DNA of 47,182 nucleotides from Nitrosopumilales archaeon (GTDB lineage: Archaea; Thermoproteota; Nitrososphaeria; Nitrososphaerales; Nitrososphaeraceae), in the NCBI GenBank assembly GCA_044507735.1, contig JBIQJB010000018.1, positions 1 to 47,182 on the forward strand, in the 5' to 3' direction. Position 1 is the first letter of the stretch, and the number at the start of each line of letters is the position of its first letter. This document shows, in pieces, positions 39,102-47,182 of this stretch. The translations under genes and the position numbers were made by a program. Under the pieces are notes generated by a model, which made no database searches, was not told the origin of the DNA, and was given only the letters and a program-made list of their open reading frames with translations.

Positions 39102-40472
39102 TTGGCCGGAATTGTCGCCATTTACAGCCACGGCGCGAACAACAAGAACATCATATACTACCTTGCGCACTCGATGAGGATGCTCCAGCACCGGGGCAAG
39201 GCCTACTGGAAAATGATGGTGGGCAATGCTGCAACGGGGGCCGAAGGATGGCTTCCTGCAGATAGTGAGATTCTGCGCATAGCACAGAGGGAAAAGCTTC
39301 ACGGCAACAACGGCATTGGCTTCCTTTCGAAGAGGCCGCCGCCCTTTCCGAGCATGGCTAACATCTGGGTAGCGTTTGACGGATTCTTCGTGGACACAGA
39401 GAAGCTGCATTTGCATCCGTACATTGGCCCGGCAAGGGATTCAGACTCTCTTTTCAAAATTTACCACATTTTCACACAACTCTTGATCCACCGCAAGAAC
39501 CCTGAAAGGGCCGCTGAATTCCTCGACAGGCATCTGAGGGGAAACCTCCTGGTAAAAGTTGGCGACGAGATCTACGCATACCGGGACAGCACCGGATTCA
39601 AACCTCTTGTGACCGCTACCAACCGTGACAAGACGCTCCACATCATTGCTTCAGAAAATTCGCTCCGCACCTCGCTTGTTGACATGGAGTTTGCCGATGT
39701 TCCGCCTGGTCATCTGCTGAAGATGAGCAAGAGAGGCGGACTAGAAGTGCTTGCCACCACATCGATCATCAAAATGATGATGGATCCCTTTGAATTCATC
39801 CGTGAGTCAAATGTTGTGGCGACGGTCAACGGAAAAAGCGTCTACCACATAAGAAAGAACATCGGAAAAGAACAAGCCGACTTTCTTTCGAAAGAGCTGG
39901 ATATTGACTCTGCATATGCAGAGCCGGATTACACTAGGCCGATGGCACTTGGGTTTGGGATCGAATACCAAAAGTATTCCAAGTCTTTTGAATTCGCAGA
40001 AGGTGTCATTAAGGATCGATACGACGACGCCGACCACATGATTGATTTTTCAGAGCAGGTCAGCAAGAACAAGCTGCTCACCACGGGCAGGTCACTAAAA
40101 TTCGTTATGCAAAACCTCGTACAGGGCAAGAAGATAGCCACTGTACAGGGCACCATTCAGACTGGCAGCACCGCTCGTGAGACTATATACTACTTGAAGA
40201 ACGCCGGGGCAAAGCGAATAGATGTTGTTGTAAGCTATGTTCCTACTGTGGATGGCAGACAGGTAGGGCTGTATACGCAGAATCGCGAACTCGTGGCAAA
40301 CAAGTACGTTGGGGAGGTGTCGTCTATAGATGAGCTGAACCAAAACATTGCGAGAGAGATAGGCTCGGATTCTGTCTATTATAATTCGCCAGCGGTCCTT
40401 GCAAGGGGCATAGGGATGCCGGAGAACAGTCTATGGTTCCCCGAATGGGTAAGGTTCCTCGATTACAAATGA
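39102..40472 (+). CDS. Amidophosphoribosyltransferase (PurF)-like protein with degenerate active sites
   Basis: xGIV N-terminus, LQHRG, RD..G.KPL, ASE, FEFI, R.NIG and AGAK; Cys1 and the PRPP-loop Asp-Asp are absent. Confidence 0.8.
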   Translation: MAGIVAIYSHGANNKNIIYYLAHSMRMLQHRGKAYWKMMVGNAATGAEGWLPADSEILRIAQREKLHGNNGIGFLSKRPPPFPSMANIWVAFDGFFVDTEKLHLHPYIGPARDSDSLFKIYHIFTQLLIHRKNPERAAEFLDRHLRGNLLVKVGDEIYAYRDSTGFKPLVTATNRDKTLHIIASENSLRTSLVDMEFADVPPGHLLKMSKRGGLEVLATTSIIKMMMDPFEFIRESNVVATVNGKSVYHIRKNIGKEQADFLSKELDIDSAYAEPDYTRPMALGFGIEYQKYSKSFEFAEGVIKDRYDDADHMIDFSEQVSKNKLLTTGRSLKFVMQNLVQGKKIATVQGTIQTGSTARETIYYLKNAGAKRIDVVVSYVPTVDGRQVGLYTQNRELVANKYVGEVSSIDELNQNIAREIGSDSVYYNSPAVLARGIGMPENSLWFPEWVRFLDYK

Positions 40473-40804
40473 ATTGGCTGAGTGACATCGACCAGGAGCG
40501 GATCAGCCGGCCGCCTGACAAATCAAGGACAATTCTGGAACACGGCTCACAGGCGAACCAGGGCTTTGTCATAAGAAAAATCGAGATGAGACAATACATA
40601 GAGCGCAGGGATAGTCGGCTGGGGGATTATTCGTTGCTAACGGCTGTAGTTGAGACCGATCGGGGTACTGTGGAGATGAAATATGACGAGGGTTTTAGGG
40701 GTCCTGACGCACTTGAATCTGCTGTAACGTTGATTACTCGATATGTCGGGCTAGCGTCACTGATAAATCGTGCTCTGATAGAACTACAGCGACAGCAACA
40801 ATAG
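40469..40804 (+). CDS. Hypothetical protein coupled to the PurF-like gene
   Basis: ATG overlaps the TGA of the upstream gene (ATGA); 111 aa. Confidence 0.75.
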   Translation: MNWLSDIDQERISRPPDKSRTILEHGSQANQGFVIRKIEMRQYIERRDSRLGDYSLLTAVVETDRGTVEMKYDEGFRGPDALESAVTLITRYVGLASLINRALIELQRQQQ

Positions 40805-40898
40805 CGGGTACGGCGCGACAAATCTTCATAGTTCGCTCTAGAATATTCGTGCTTTCGCAAAATATAGACAAGGTATCCATTACAAGAAGGTAAGATGC

Positions 40899-41042
40899 AT
40901 GGTCTCATATAGCGGAATAGCAGGGCTCGTTTTTCTCAACAGGGAAAGGTCATGCACTTGCGGGCACAGCATGACGTACCACGTAAAGGGCAGGGCAGAA
41001 TGCATCTTTGGCATGTGCGATTGCAAACGCTACAATCTCTAG
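40899..41042 (+). CDS. Unannotated 47-aa Cys/His metal-binding microprotein
   Basis: Manual translation MVSYSGIAGLVFLNRERSCTCGHSMTYHVKGRAECIFGMCDCKRYNL*; motif CxCGHx4Hx6Cx4CxC. Confidence 0.65.
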   Translation: MVSYSGIAGLVFLNRERSCTCGHSMTYHVKGRAECIFGMCDCKRYNL

Positions 41043-41617
41043 AGAAGTTTTTCAGCCTCACTGAGAGTATCAACCCTGACGGACCATTGAAATTCCTTAT
41101 TCCATGGCTGATTGAAGAGGATTGCTGTCTTGGGTGGGACAATGTCTATCAGGTTCTTTGGGGCATCATCTATCAGTATGTCGAACGGGTAATTTGCCTT
41201 GGGCACTGCATCGTATATGAACAGCAACTCATCAGTGTAGATATTATGCATATCGAGCCACATCGCGACATAGGGTGCAGTCGGTCTCTCCCTCTTCGTT
41301 ATGACTGATATCCTGTATCCCTTGCGGTGTATGCGCTTTGTTACATCTCCGATTCCAGGTTCTGTCGGGGGAATTTCGCGCCACCTTTCTTTCCAGACGT
41401 GGCTAAAGTACACATAAACTTGATCGGGTGTAATAGGAAGCACTGTTGGAATGTCCCAGCGTACGATGTCCTTCTTTGTGATCTTGGTGTTATGCCTTCT
41501 GTTGTACTCATCTGCCCAAATGAGCATAACGTCAGCAAGGACCGAGTCGACATCGATAGCCACTGTCTTGACCGCTTCCGTGATATTCATTCCTCCATTT
41601 TCTGGCATGGCTACCAC
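41039..41617 (-). CDS. HAD-superfamily 5'(3')-deoxyribonucleotidase (NT5C)-like protein
   Basis: AIDVDSVL (DxD), ITKR, K, LIDD and QPWN. Confidence 0.85.
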   Translation of the reverse strand: MVAMPENGGMNITEAVKTVAIDVDSVLADVMLIWADEYNRRHNTKITKKDIVRWDIPTVLPITPDQVYVYFSHVWKERWREIPPTEPGIGDVTKRIHRKGYRISVITKRERPTAPYVAMWLDMHNIYTDELLFIYDAVPKANYPFDILIDDAPKNLIDIVPPKTAILFNQPWNKEFQWSVRVDTLSEAEKLL

Positions 41618-41932
41618 AGCATCATTTGCAGGAACTTATGCGTATTTATAGAATATCAATCACGCCGCTTCTTATCTGCCCATTATCTACCTGAAATCTT
41701 GCTATATTCTGTTTACATGCTTGATATGCATTGTTGAACAACTCTGAGAAATGGTCATTTCTGAAGGTTTCCAATGCCAAGACACTGTCAAACTTGCGAA
41801 CTGCGGTGTTGCTGGTACGTATTTCTTAGCATTGTGTGCCTATTTTAGATCTGTTCAACAAGGTCGTTTGATGCCAACTAGCGGAGTCTGCTGCGACAGA
41901 TGGTGCATAGAAGCAAAAGGCATATTTCGACA

Positions 41933-43230
41933 GATGATCTGTCCGCGGCAAGACATGCAAAATTGTGCTCCAAGTTCTGCCAATAAGGCCAAAGATGTCT
42001 CAAATGGTCATGGCGCTTGTCATTTGCCAGAAACGATATCCAGTCCGCGTAGTGCAATTTCTTGATCTTGGTATCTCTGCAGATGCCTTCTGTACATGCA
42101 CTTGCTGCCATCACGATATCCACCTAACAAATGAATTTAAGCTGACCCGAATGGGAGAGAGGGGCTCTTGAGAAGATCAACCAGAAAAAAGACAGCGACG
42201 CCATGCCCTATGCTAGGGTCCGGGACGCCTGGCATGCTTTTCTGGCATGACATGGAGGGAACTTGATTTGAATCTTGAACAATTGCGCACAGAAGGAGAG
42301 TCCGTGGTTCGGTCCCTATACCCTGTGAACCGTTATGCACCATGGGCACGCCCCCAGAAGGTATTGGGAATCACAAAGCTAACGCTTACTCATCTGGTAA
42401 GAGAGCAACGAGCATTGACCCAAAACGTTACGAAGGTGAGAAGGGTTCGTCTGAGAACGGTCTATGCCTTAGCCAAAGATTATCTCTGAATGCCGCATCT
42501 GAACCCCCGAGGAAAACATGATCAACAAATCCCTGACTCCCTTCGTCTGTGCCGACAATAGTTCTGCGAAAGAGACAGAGTGCTTAGAATTGGGCGCTGA
42601 TTCTCGAATGATGGGTACACTTTGTGAAGTGACTTAGAAAGTATTTAATCATCTTTTCAGGTAGAAAAAAGGACATTTGAACTTAGAAGAGAGAATTGAA
42701 AGCTTGGAAATGCGAATTAAAAAATTGGAAGATATCATTGCTGGTACTGGATCCTCTGCAAGCAAGTCTGGCAGGTCAGACGATTTGGAAAGGATGATCG
42801 CCTTACACATCGATGAAATAGGCATTCAAGACTTGGTTGTTGTCTCTCTAAGTCTGAAGCCGTCGCAAACAAAGCCGGAGATCAAACAGATGTTGATAGA
42901 CTTGGGAAAGAAAGTGGGCGTTTGGTTTGAGGGCGGTAATTTCAATGGTCGCCTTGTGAAAAAGGGCATCGTAAAGAAGGGCGGTACAAATGAAAGCAAC
43001 GAAGATGTTTTCGTGCTTACCAAGAGGGGCGAGCTGCTGGCCCAAGAGATAATTGATAAGATCAAGTCTAAAGGATAACAGGCAGAGAAGAACATTGTAC
43101 ATTGCGTTACGAGAACATGACAAATGCGCCGAAACAACTAGTCGACTCCGGGGTATTTTTGGTTAGCACAACAAATGCGAAGCACTAGTCCACCCTTGCT
43201 ATCGCCACAACATATATCGTGCCCAAAACG
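41933..43230 (+). pseudogene. Eroded tyrosine integrase, interrupted by an intact gene, ending near the tRNA-Pro 3' end
   Basis: Colinear relics: LSAARHAK, MTWREL (~LTxEE), RYAPWARPQKVLGI (~YxTGxRxxE), RRVRL...DYL, PDSP; after the insertion, HCTLR...LVDSG...VS...KH*...TTY. Confidence 0.5.
42677..43078 (+). CDS. Hypothetical protein, N-terminal coiled coil plus winged-helix-like C-terminus
   Basis: LEERIESLEMRIKKLE coiled coil; LVKKGIV...FVLTKRG wHTH wing; TATTTAAT upstream. Confidence 0.75.
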   Translation: MNLEERIESLEMRIKKLEDIIAGTGSSASKSGRSDDLERMIALHIDEIGIQDLVVVSLSLKPSQTKPEIKQMLIDLGKKVGVWFEGGNFNGRLVKKGIVKKGGTNESNEDVFVLTKRGELLAQEIIDKIKSKG

Positions 43231-43362
43231 CCATCGCACAGCCAATGCCAATTGCATATGACAAGGGCAAGACTGCCTGTGTAGTGAGGGAGGGGGGAAT
43301 GGGACTGGATATGGAAATGAGCGAGCTGCGTACGGCCTTGTCACCACCATCGCTGAGAGAAA

Positions 43363-43436
43363 TGGGGCCGGCCGGATTCGAACCAGCGACCTCCAGCGCC
43401 CGAGGCTGGCATCCTGCCAAGCTAGACAACGGCCCC
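43363..43436 (-). tRNA. tRNA-Pro(CGG)
   Basis: GGGGCCG/CGGCCCC acceptor, CCAGC-CTCGGGC-GCTGG anticodon arm, GCTGG-TTCGAAT-CCGGC T arm. Confidence 0.96.
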
Positions 43437-43591
43437 TGAAAATCAGAATGTTTGACTGCTGCCCGTATATTATATGCTACTCTGATTGATTGCTGAAATT
43501 ATCATTCGTCGAAGAGGTATTAGAAATACTGTATATTATTAGATGCACAAGAATCGCTGCAACTATAAAGTTTGTTGCCTACTCTCAAAAG

Positions 43592-44950
43592 ATGGTCCGC
43601 AACAAAAATGACCGTGCAGGCGAAAATGACAATTATCCTGCCCGTATTTCATTAGCGGCCCTTGCATTATCCGTCTTACTAATTGCAATGATTGTTGCGA
43701 GCATTGCGCCCGTGCAAGTTTCAGAACAGACTAGTACTGTTGACGAGGACGACAACCCGCTGGCCAATAACTCCACTTTCAACTTTGAGACAGAGCAGCA
43801 GCGACTAAACAATAGTGGTGAAGGAGATCTTACATATCGAGATCTTTTTGCTAGAGTCAATAGTTCAGTAGTGCAGATAACTGCTTCCGGAATTCCAGTT
43901 TCCACCCTTGCCATTCCGCCTCTGGAGGGTGATAATGGCAACCAACTGCCACCAGAGGTGACTGCAATTGGTTCAGGATTCCTTGTTGATATTGAGGGTC
44001 ACATCGCAACAAACTACCATGTCATTGCCAATGCCCGGAACGTCTCGGTAGCATTTTCTGACGGTTCTGTTTTCGCAGCAGAAGTAATTGGCGTGGATGT
44101 CTTTACCGACACTGCGGTATTGGAAATGCAGGACGTACCTCCGGAAAAAACGCTCGTGCCTTTATTGCTCGGAAATTCTTCTGAACTTGCCGTAGGGGAC
44201 CAGGTGGTAGCAATTGGAAATCCGTTCGGTCTCACAGGATCGTTGAGCACGGGCGTTGTAAGCGGCCTTGGAAGGCTCTTGTCGCCGTCCATCCCGCCAA
44301 ATAATAATGACACCGGCGACAACGAGACCGCCATCATTTATGGCTTCTCAATCCCCAACATCATACAGACAGATGCAGCCATAAATCCCGGAAACTCTGG
44401 CGGCCCTCTGCTAAACCTGCGAGGCGAGGTAATAGGAATGAATACCGCGATCCTCTCAGCATCTCCTTTTGCGATTTCTTCAGGAGTAGGCTTTGCAGTC
44501 CCTTCTGATACTTTGAAGCTGACACTGCCAGAGCTGATTGCTAATGGAACGTATGTGCACCCATGGGTCGGCGTTTCGGGCATCGATGTTACACCAGAGA
44601 TTGCTCTGAAACTAGGGTTAGAGGAGGCCAGAGGGTATCTTGTAATTGACGTTGTGATGGGAGGACCCGCAGACAAAGCTGGAATAAGAGGCGGCGACTC
44701 GCCGGTTGTAATTGGAGATATCCCACGAATCCAGGGTCAAGGTCGAAGCAATTTCATTGAGCTGGGAGGGGACATTATTCTAGGAGTTGATCACCAGCCG
44801 GTAAATAAGATAGACGATCTTCTTTCATACATCGAAAGCCACAAGAAAGTGGGAGATGCTGTTACTCTGACCGTATATAGAGATGGGGAAATCATGCAGG
44901 TTGATGTAGCACTTGGTGCAAGACCTTTGCCATCAGTTGCTGTAAGATGA
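43592..44950 (+). CDS. HtrA/DegP-family membrane-anchored serine protease with PDZ domain
   Basis: TM anchor, GSGF, TNYHV, DTAVL, IQTDAAINPGNSGGPL and C-terminal PDZ; ATG at 43592 preferred. Confidence 0.94.
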   Translation: MVRNKNDRAGENDNYPARISLAALALSVLLIAMIVASIAPVQVSEQTSTVDEDDNPLANNSTFNFETEQQRLNNSGEGDLTYRDLFARVNSSVVQITASGIPVSTLAIPPLEGDNGNQLPPEVTAIGSGFLVDIEGHIATNYHVIANARNVSVAFSDGSVFAAEVIGVDVFTDTAVLEMQDVPPEKTLVPLLLGNSSELAVGDQVVAIGNPFGLTGSLSTGVVSGLGRLLSPSIPPNNNDTGDNETAIIYGFSIPNIIQTDAAINPGNSGGPLLNLRGEVIGMNTAILSASPFAISSGVGFAVPSDTLKLTLPELIANGTYVHPWVGVSGIDVTPEIALKLGLEEARGYLVIDVVMGGPADKAGIRGGDSPVVIGDIPRIQGQGRSNFIELGGDIILGVDHQPVNKIDDLLSYIESHKKVGDAVTLTVYRDGEIMQVDVALGARPLPSVAVR

Positions 44951-45196
44951 TGTAGTTAACAGGTTTGCGCTGCCACTTCGAAACATCTTTTCTATTCTCT
45001 CACCATTTTCTTGCAACTGTTCGCTGAGCGTCTACGATCGAGGCGGGGTAGTTTTAATAGATTTTTCACAAAAATATGATATTATGAATATCTCCGAAGC
45101 TTTTTCCATTATGCAAACATCTGCCTACACCCATATACCACGATCGAGTCGTTATCTCGACATACCGACCGATCAACGATATCGTGCGATATCTCA

Positions 45197-45394
45197 TTAA
45201 TACGAGTGGATGACCATCTTATGCGATCTCAGTTCCTTAAAACTTGCAAACGTGTCGCCACACTTTTCACACTGCCATTGCCTTGACTTTGCGTCTTGAT
45301 ATGATTCGAATGCGTTTGTGCCAACCCGGTACGTTCTCGTTCGGTGATCATAGGTCACCGGATTGTGATTGATCCTGTATTTGATGCTGCTCAT
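45197..45394 (-). CDS. Small C2H2 zinc-finger protein
   Basis: CEKCGDTFASFKELRSHKMVIH canonical C2H2 pattern; TTTAAA about 30 nt upstream. Confidence 0.85.
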   Translation of the reverse strand: MSSIKYRINHNPVTYDHRTRTYRVGTNAFESYQDAKSRQWQCEKCGDTFASFKELRSHKMVIHSY

Positions 45395-45481
45395 ATCTGG
45401 AATCCTGATTCATAATTTTCGACTTTAAAGTATATTGGTGACGTAATACAGAAGATAGTTCTAAGATTTGTCACCTGATGA

Positions 45482-46714
45482 CTACGAGATCTCTTCTTCC
45501 TTCATAGATCTGTGAACCATGACTATGAACAGAGATAATGCTGCGACGATTAGCCAGCCAGTAGACATCAAGGCGAATGAAGACCCCTCCGATGCAGGAT
45601 AGCGAGTGATGAAATAATCACCTACAGTACGGATTCCAAGTGCGGTAACTAACAGCAATATCGGAAGGTGGTTGAACTTTGTAAAATGCACCATCTTGCC
45701 GGTTATCGGAGGTAGCATCAAAGGAAGGTAGAGCGCAATAGTAGTACCGATGAATCCGATAGTCGTATAATGGATGGCAAGGTCGTATAGCATGAAGCTA
45801 TTCGAAAGATTGAACGCCAAGGCAACTACAGTCCCTGCCAAAAGGAATAGAAACGCCAGCCTTGAGTGGAGGATCGTATACATGTAGCGGGCCTTCTTTT
45901 CTCCATGTATAAGGCTAAGAATCTCTCTGTTGTCAAAGCCGCCAAAGGTGTAGATTGCGCCGGTAAATGTAGCGATGCAGGCAAGGTAGACTAAATTGAA
46001 GACGATCGCCAGTATTGCGCTATGCGTTGTCGCAGACGCCAGAACCAGCACTGTGGAAACTGCCGCCAGACCAAATGAAATTGTGGACAGCCTTTTTCTG
46101 GGCCTGATAAACCCGATAAAGGACGGCATGGTCTTGTATTGCACCCCAAATATCATCAGGACAGGAAATAATAGCAAAGCCTGCACTTCGCTCAGCGAAT
46201 TACCTGATCTTGCATAGCCAAAAAGGTGCATGACATTGATAGAAATCAGAGTCAGCACTGCGAGAGCAATAAAATAGTCAGCCGGTCGCAGAAGCCTTGG
46301 GTGTATTCGGATCATCCAAAGGGTCATGCCAGCAAAAATCAGTATCCCCAAAGTTCGTGCAACTAGGGCAAGCTTCGAAACTTCACTAGTAACACCGATC
46401 GGAGAGGCGATTGAAATTGCGATTGAAAAGGTGACTAGGAGGAAAGACAGGTACGCCAATCTGACTGAATGAAGCTGGATGTTTCTGAACCTCGGGACTA
46501 TCATGTATCCTATGCCCATGACGATCAAGGTCAGGAACCCGTCAACTTGGAAAACCTTGTGGAGCGGAAAGACTGCTCGAGCAAATGCAACATCTGCACC
46601 CAATAGATACATCATCCATACAGAGCCTATGATCGAGCCTATGAAAACCAGGACTATTGAGGCGACGACAAAAGGTCTGCTGACTGGGCTGACCCTAATG
46701 TCCCCTTCCTGCAT
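45482..46714 (-). CDS. Polytopic membrane protein (NnrS / heme-copper oxidase-like superfamily)
   Basis: About 12 TM helices with conserved His (LHKVFQVDGF, AIHYTTIGF), G...VPRF and MPSF loops; ATG at 46714 preferred. Confidence 0.65.
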   Translation of the reverse strand: MQEGDIRVSPVSRPFVVASIVLVFIGSIIGSVWMMYLLGADVAFARAVFPLHKVFQVDGFLTLIVMGIGYMIVPRFRNIQLHSVRLAYLSFLLVTFSIAISIASPIGVTSEVSKLALVARTLGILIFAGMTLWMIRIHPRLLRPADYFIALAVLTLISINVMHLFGYARSGNSLSEVQALLLFPVLMIFGVQYKTMPSFIGFIRPRKRLSTISFGLAAVSTVLVLASATTHSAILAIVFNLVYLACIATFTGAIYTFGGFDNREILSLIHGEKKARYMYTILHSRLAFLFLLAGTVVALAFNLSNSFMLYDLAIHYTTIGFIGTTIALYLPLMLPPITGKMVHFTKFNHLPILLLVTALGIRTVGDYFITRYPASEGSSFALMSTGWLIVAALSLFIVMVHRSMKEEEIS

Positions 46715-47155
46715 CGTTGGATTGGGATATCTAATGATCAATATGATGGTTGCAATCACCCGGATCGATTGGTCGTCGACAATTGGCTATGCAACATGAC
46801 AATGCCTCCTACCGAGCTTCAGTTTGGCATTACGCTAGACTTTTGGGCCCTTTTGTGGATGTCTAACCTGGGGATATACAAGCCCACAAGAGCCATCCGT
46901 ATGACGAGGATCATGGGAAACTTGAATTGTGATCAAGCTTGGGTTTTCGGGGAAATAAGCTAGAGCAAGAAATCCCAGTTAGACAACACTCTTGAAAGTG
47001 AATACTCGTAATCCTGCAAGAAAGACAGGCTTTGCAGTCTGGAGAATGGTACTGCCCAAGTTGAGGATGATCGTTTCGTGTATCTCTTTGGTGTAGAAGA
47101 TAGAACAACGATGCACTATTCCTAGTATAGGCTCTGTTAACTTAGGGTAATGCGT

Positions 47156-47178
47156 AAAGCTAGGACTGTCCTAGCTTT
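47156..47178. promoter_or_regulatory. Perfect 23-bp palindrome, candidate transcription-factor operator
   Basis: AAAGCTAGGAC-T-GTCCTAGCTTT: 11-bp arms with a 1-nt spacer. Confidence 0.5.
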
Positions 47179-47182
47179 TTTC

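Noticed and set aside
41640-43362. Direct repeat of the tRNA-Pro 3' end (attL/attR) bounding an island
   Set aside because: No duplicate could be found by eye in the window, so island boundaries are not claimed
43138-43439. ORFs 43138-43350, 43199-43429 and 43245-43439
   Set aside because: Translations of the tRNA-Pro gene and its flank (GSNPAGP / GPAGFEPAT are typical tRNA read-through peptides)
46760-47150. Possible DUF2249-like relic (…HDP…) upstream of the NnrS-like gene
   Set aside because: Only a few residues match; not distinguishable from chance by eye
47156-47182. Palindrome plus T-run read as an intrinsic terminator hairpin
   Set aside because: No convincing plus-strand gene ends here, archaeal terminators do not need hairpins, and perfect dyad symmetry fits an operator better
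1-47182. CRISPR array, rRNA or long tandem repeats
   Set aside because: No regularly spaced direct repeats or rRNA-like sequence seen; short diverged arrays cannot be fully excluded by eye

Overview
Archaeal chromosomal window, most consistent with an ammonia-oxidising Thaumarchaeote (Nitrososphaera-like). The assignment is inferred from Alba, proteasome beta, pelota, PINA ATPase, type II Met-aminopeptidase, TrmB, GDGT lipid enzymes and a BHB-intron tRNA. It holds about 50 mostly housekeeping CDSs and three tRNAs: Ala-GGC, Gln-TTG (intron at the non-canonical position 10/11) and Pro-CGG. Highlights: (1) homologues of both radical-SAM enzymes of tetraether lipid synthesis (Grs ring synthase and Tes). 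(2) A coupled ubiE-like / UbiA-like / chorismate-lyase-like operon facing a divergent atypical kinase. (3) A P-II paralogue that has lost its ATP/2-oxoglutarate-binding residues and sits 1 bp upstream of a secreted metalloprotease. (4) PurF-like and UDP-sugar-dehydrogenase-like apparent pseudoenzymes. (5) Short Cys/His-rich ORFs, two of them absent from the ORF track. (6) A recurring TAGG-N5-YYTA candidate DtxR-family operator. (7) 'Intergenic' gaps that read as heavily eroded pseudogenes: IS5 transposase, TnpB, a tyrosine integrase next to tRNA-Pro and, more tentatively, PIMT and a Ric/YtfE di-iron protein. No rRNA or CRISPR array was seen. All family calls come from motif recognition by eye, not from database searches.
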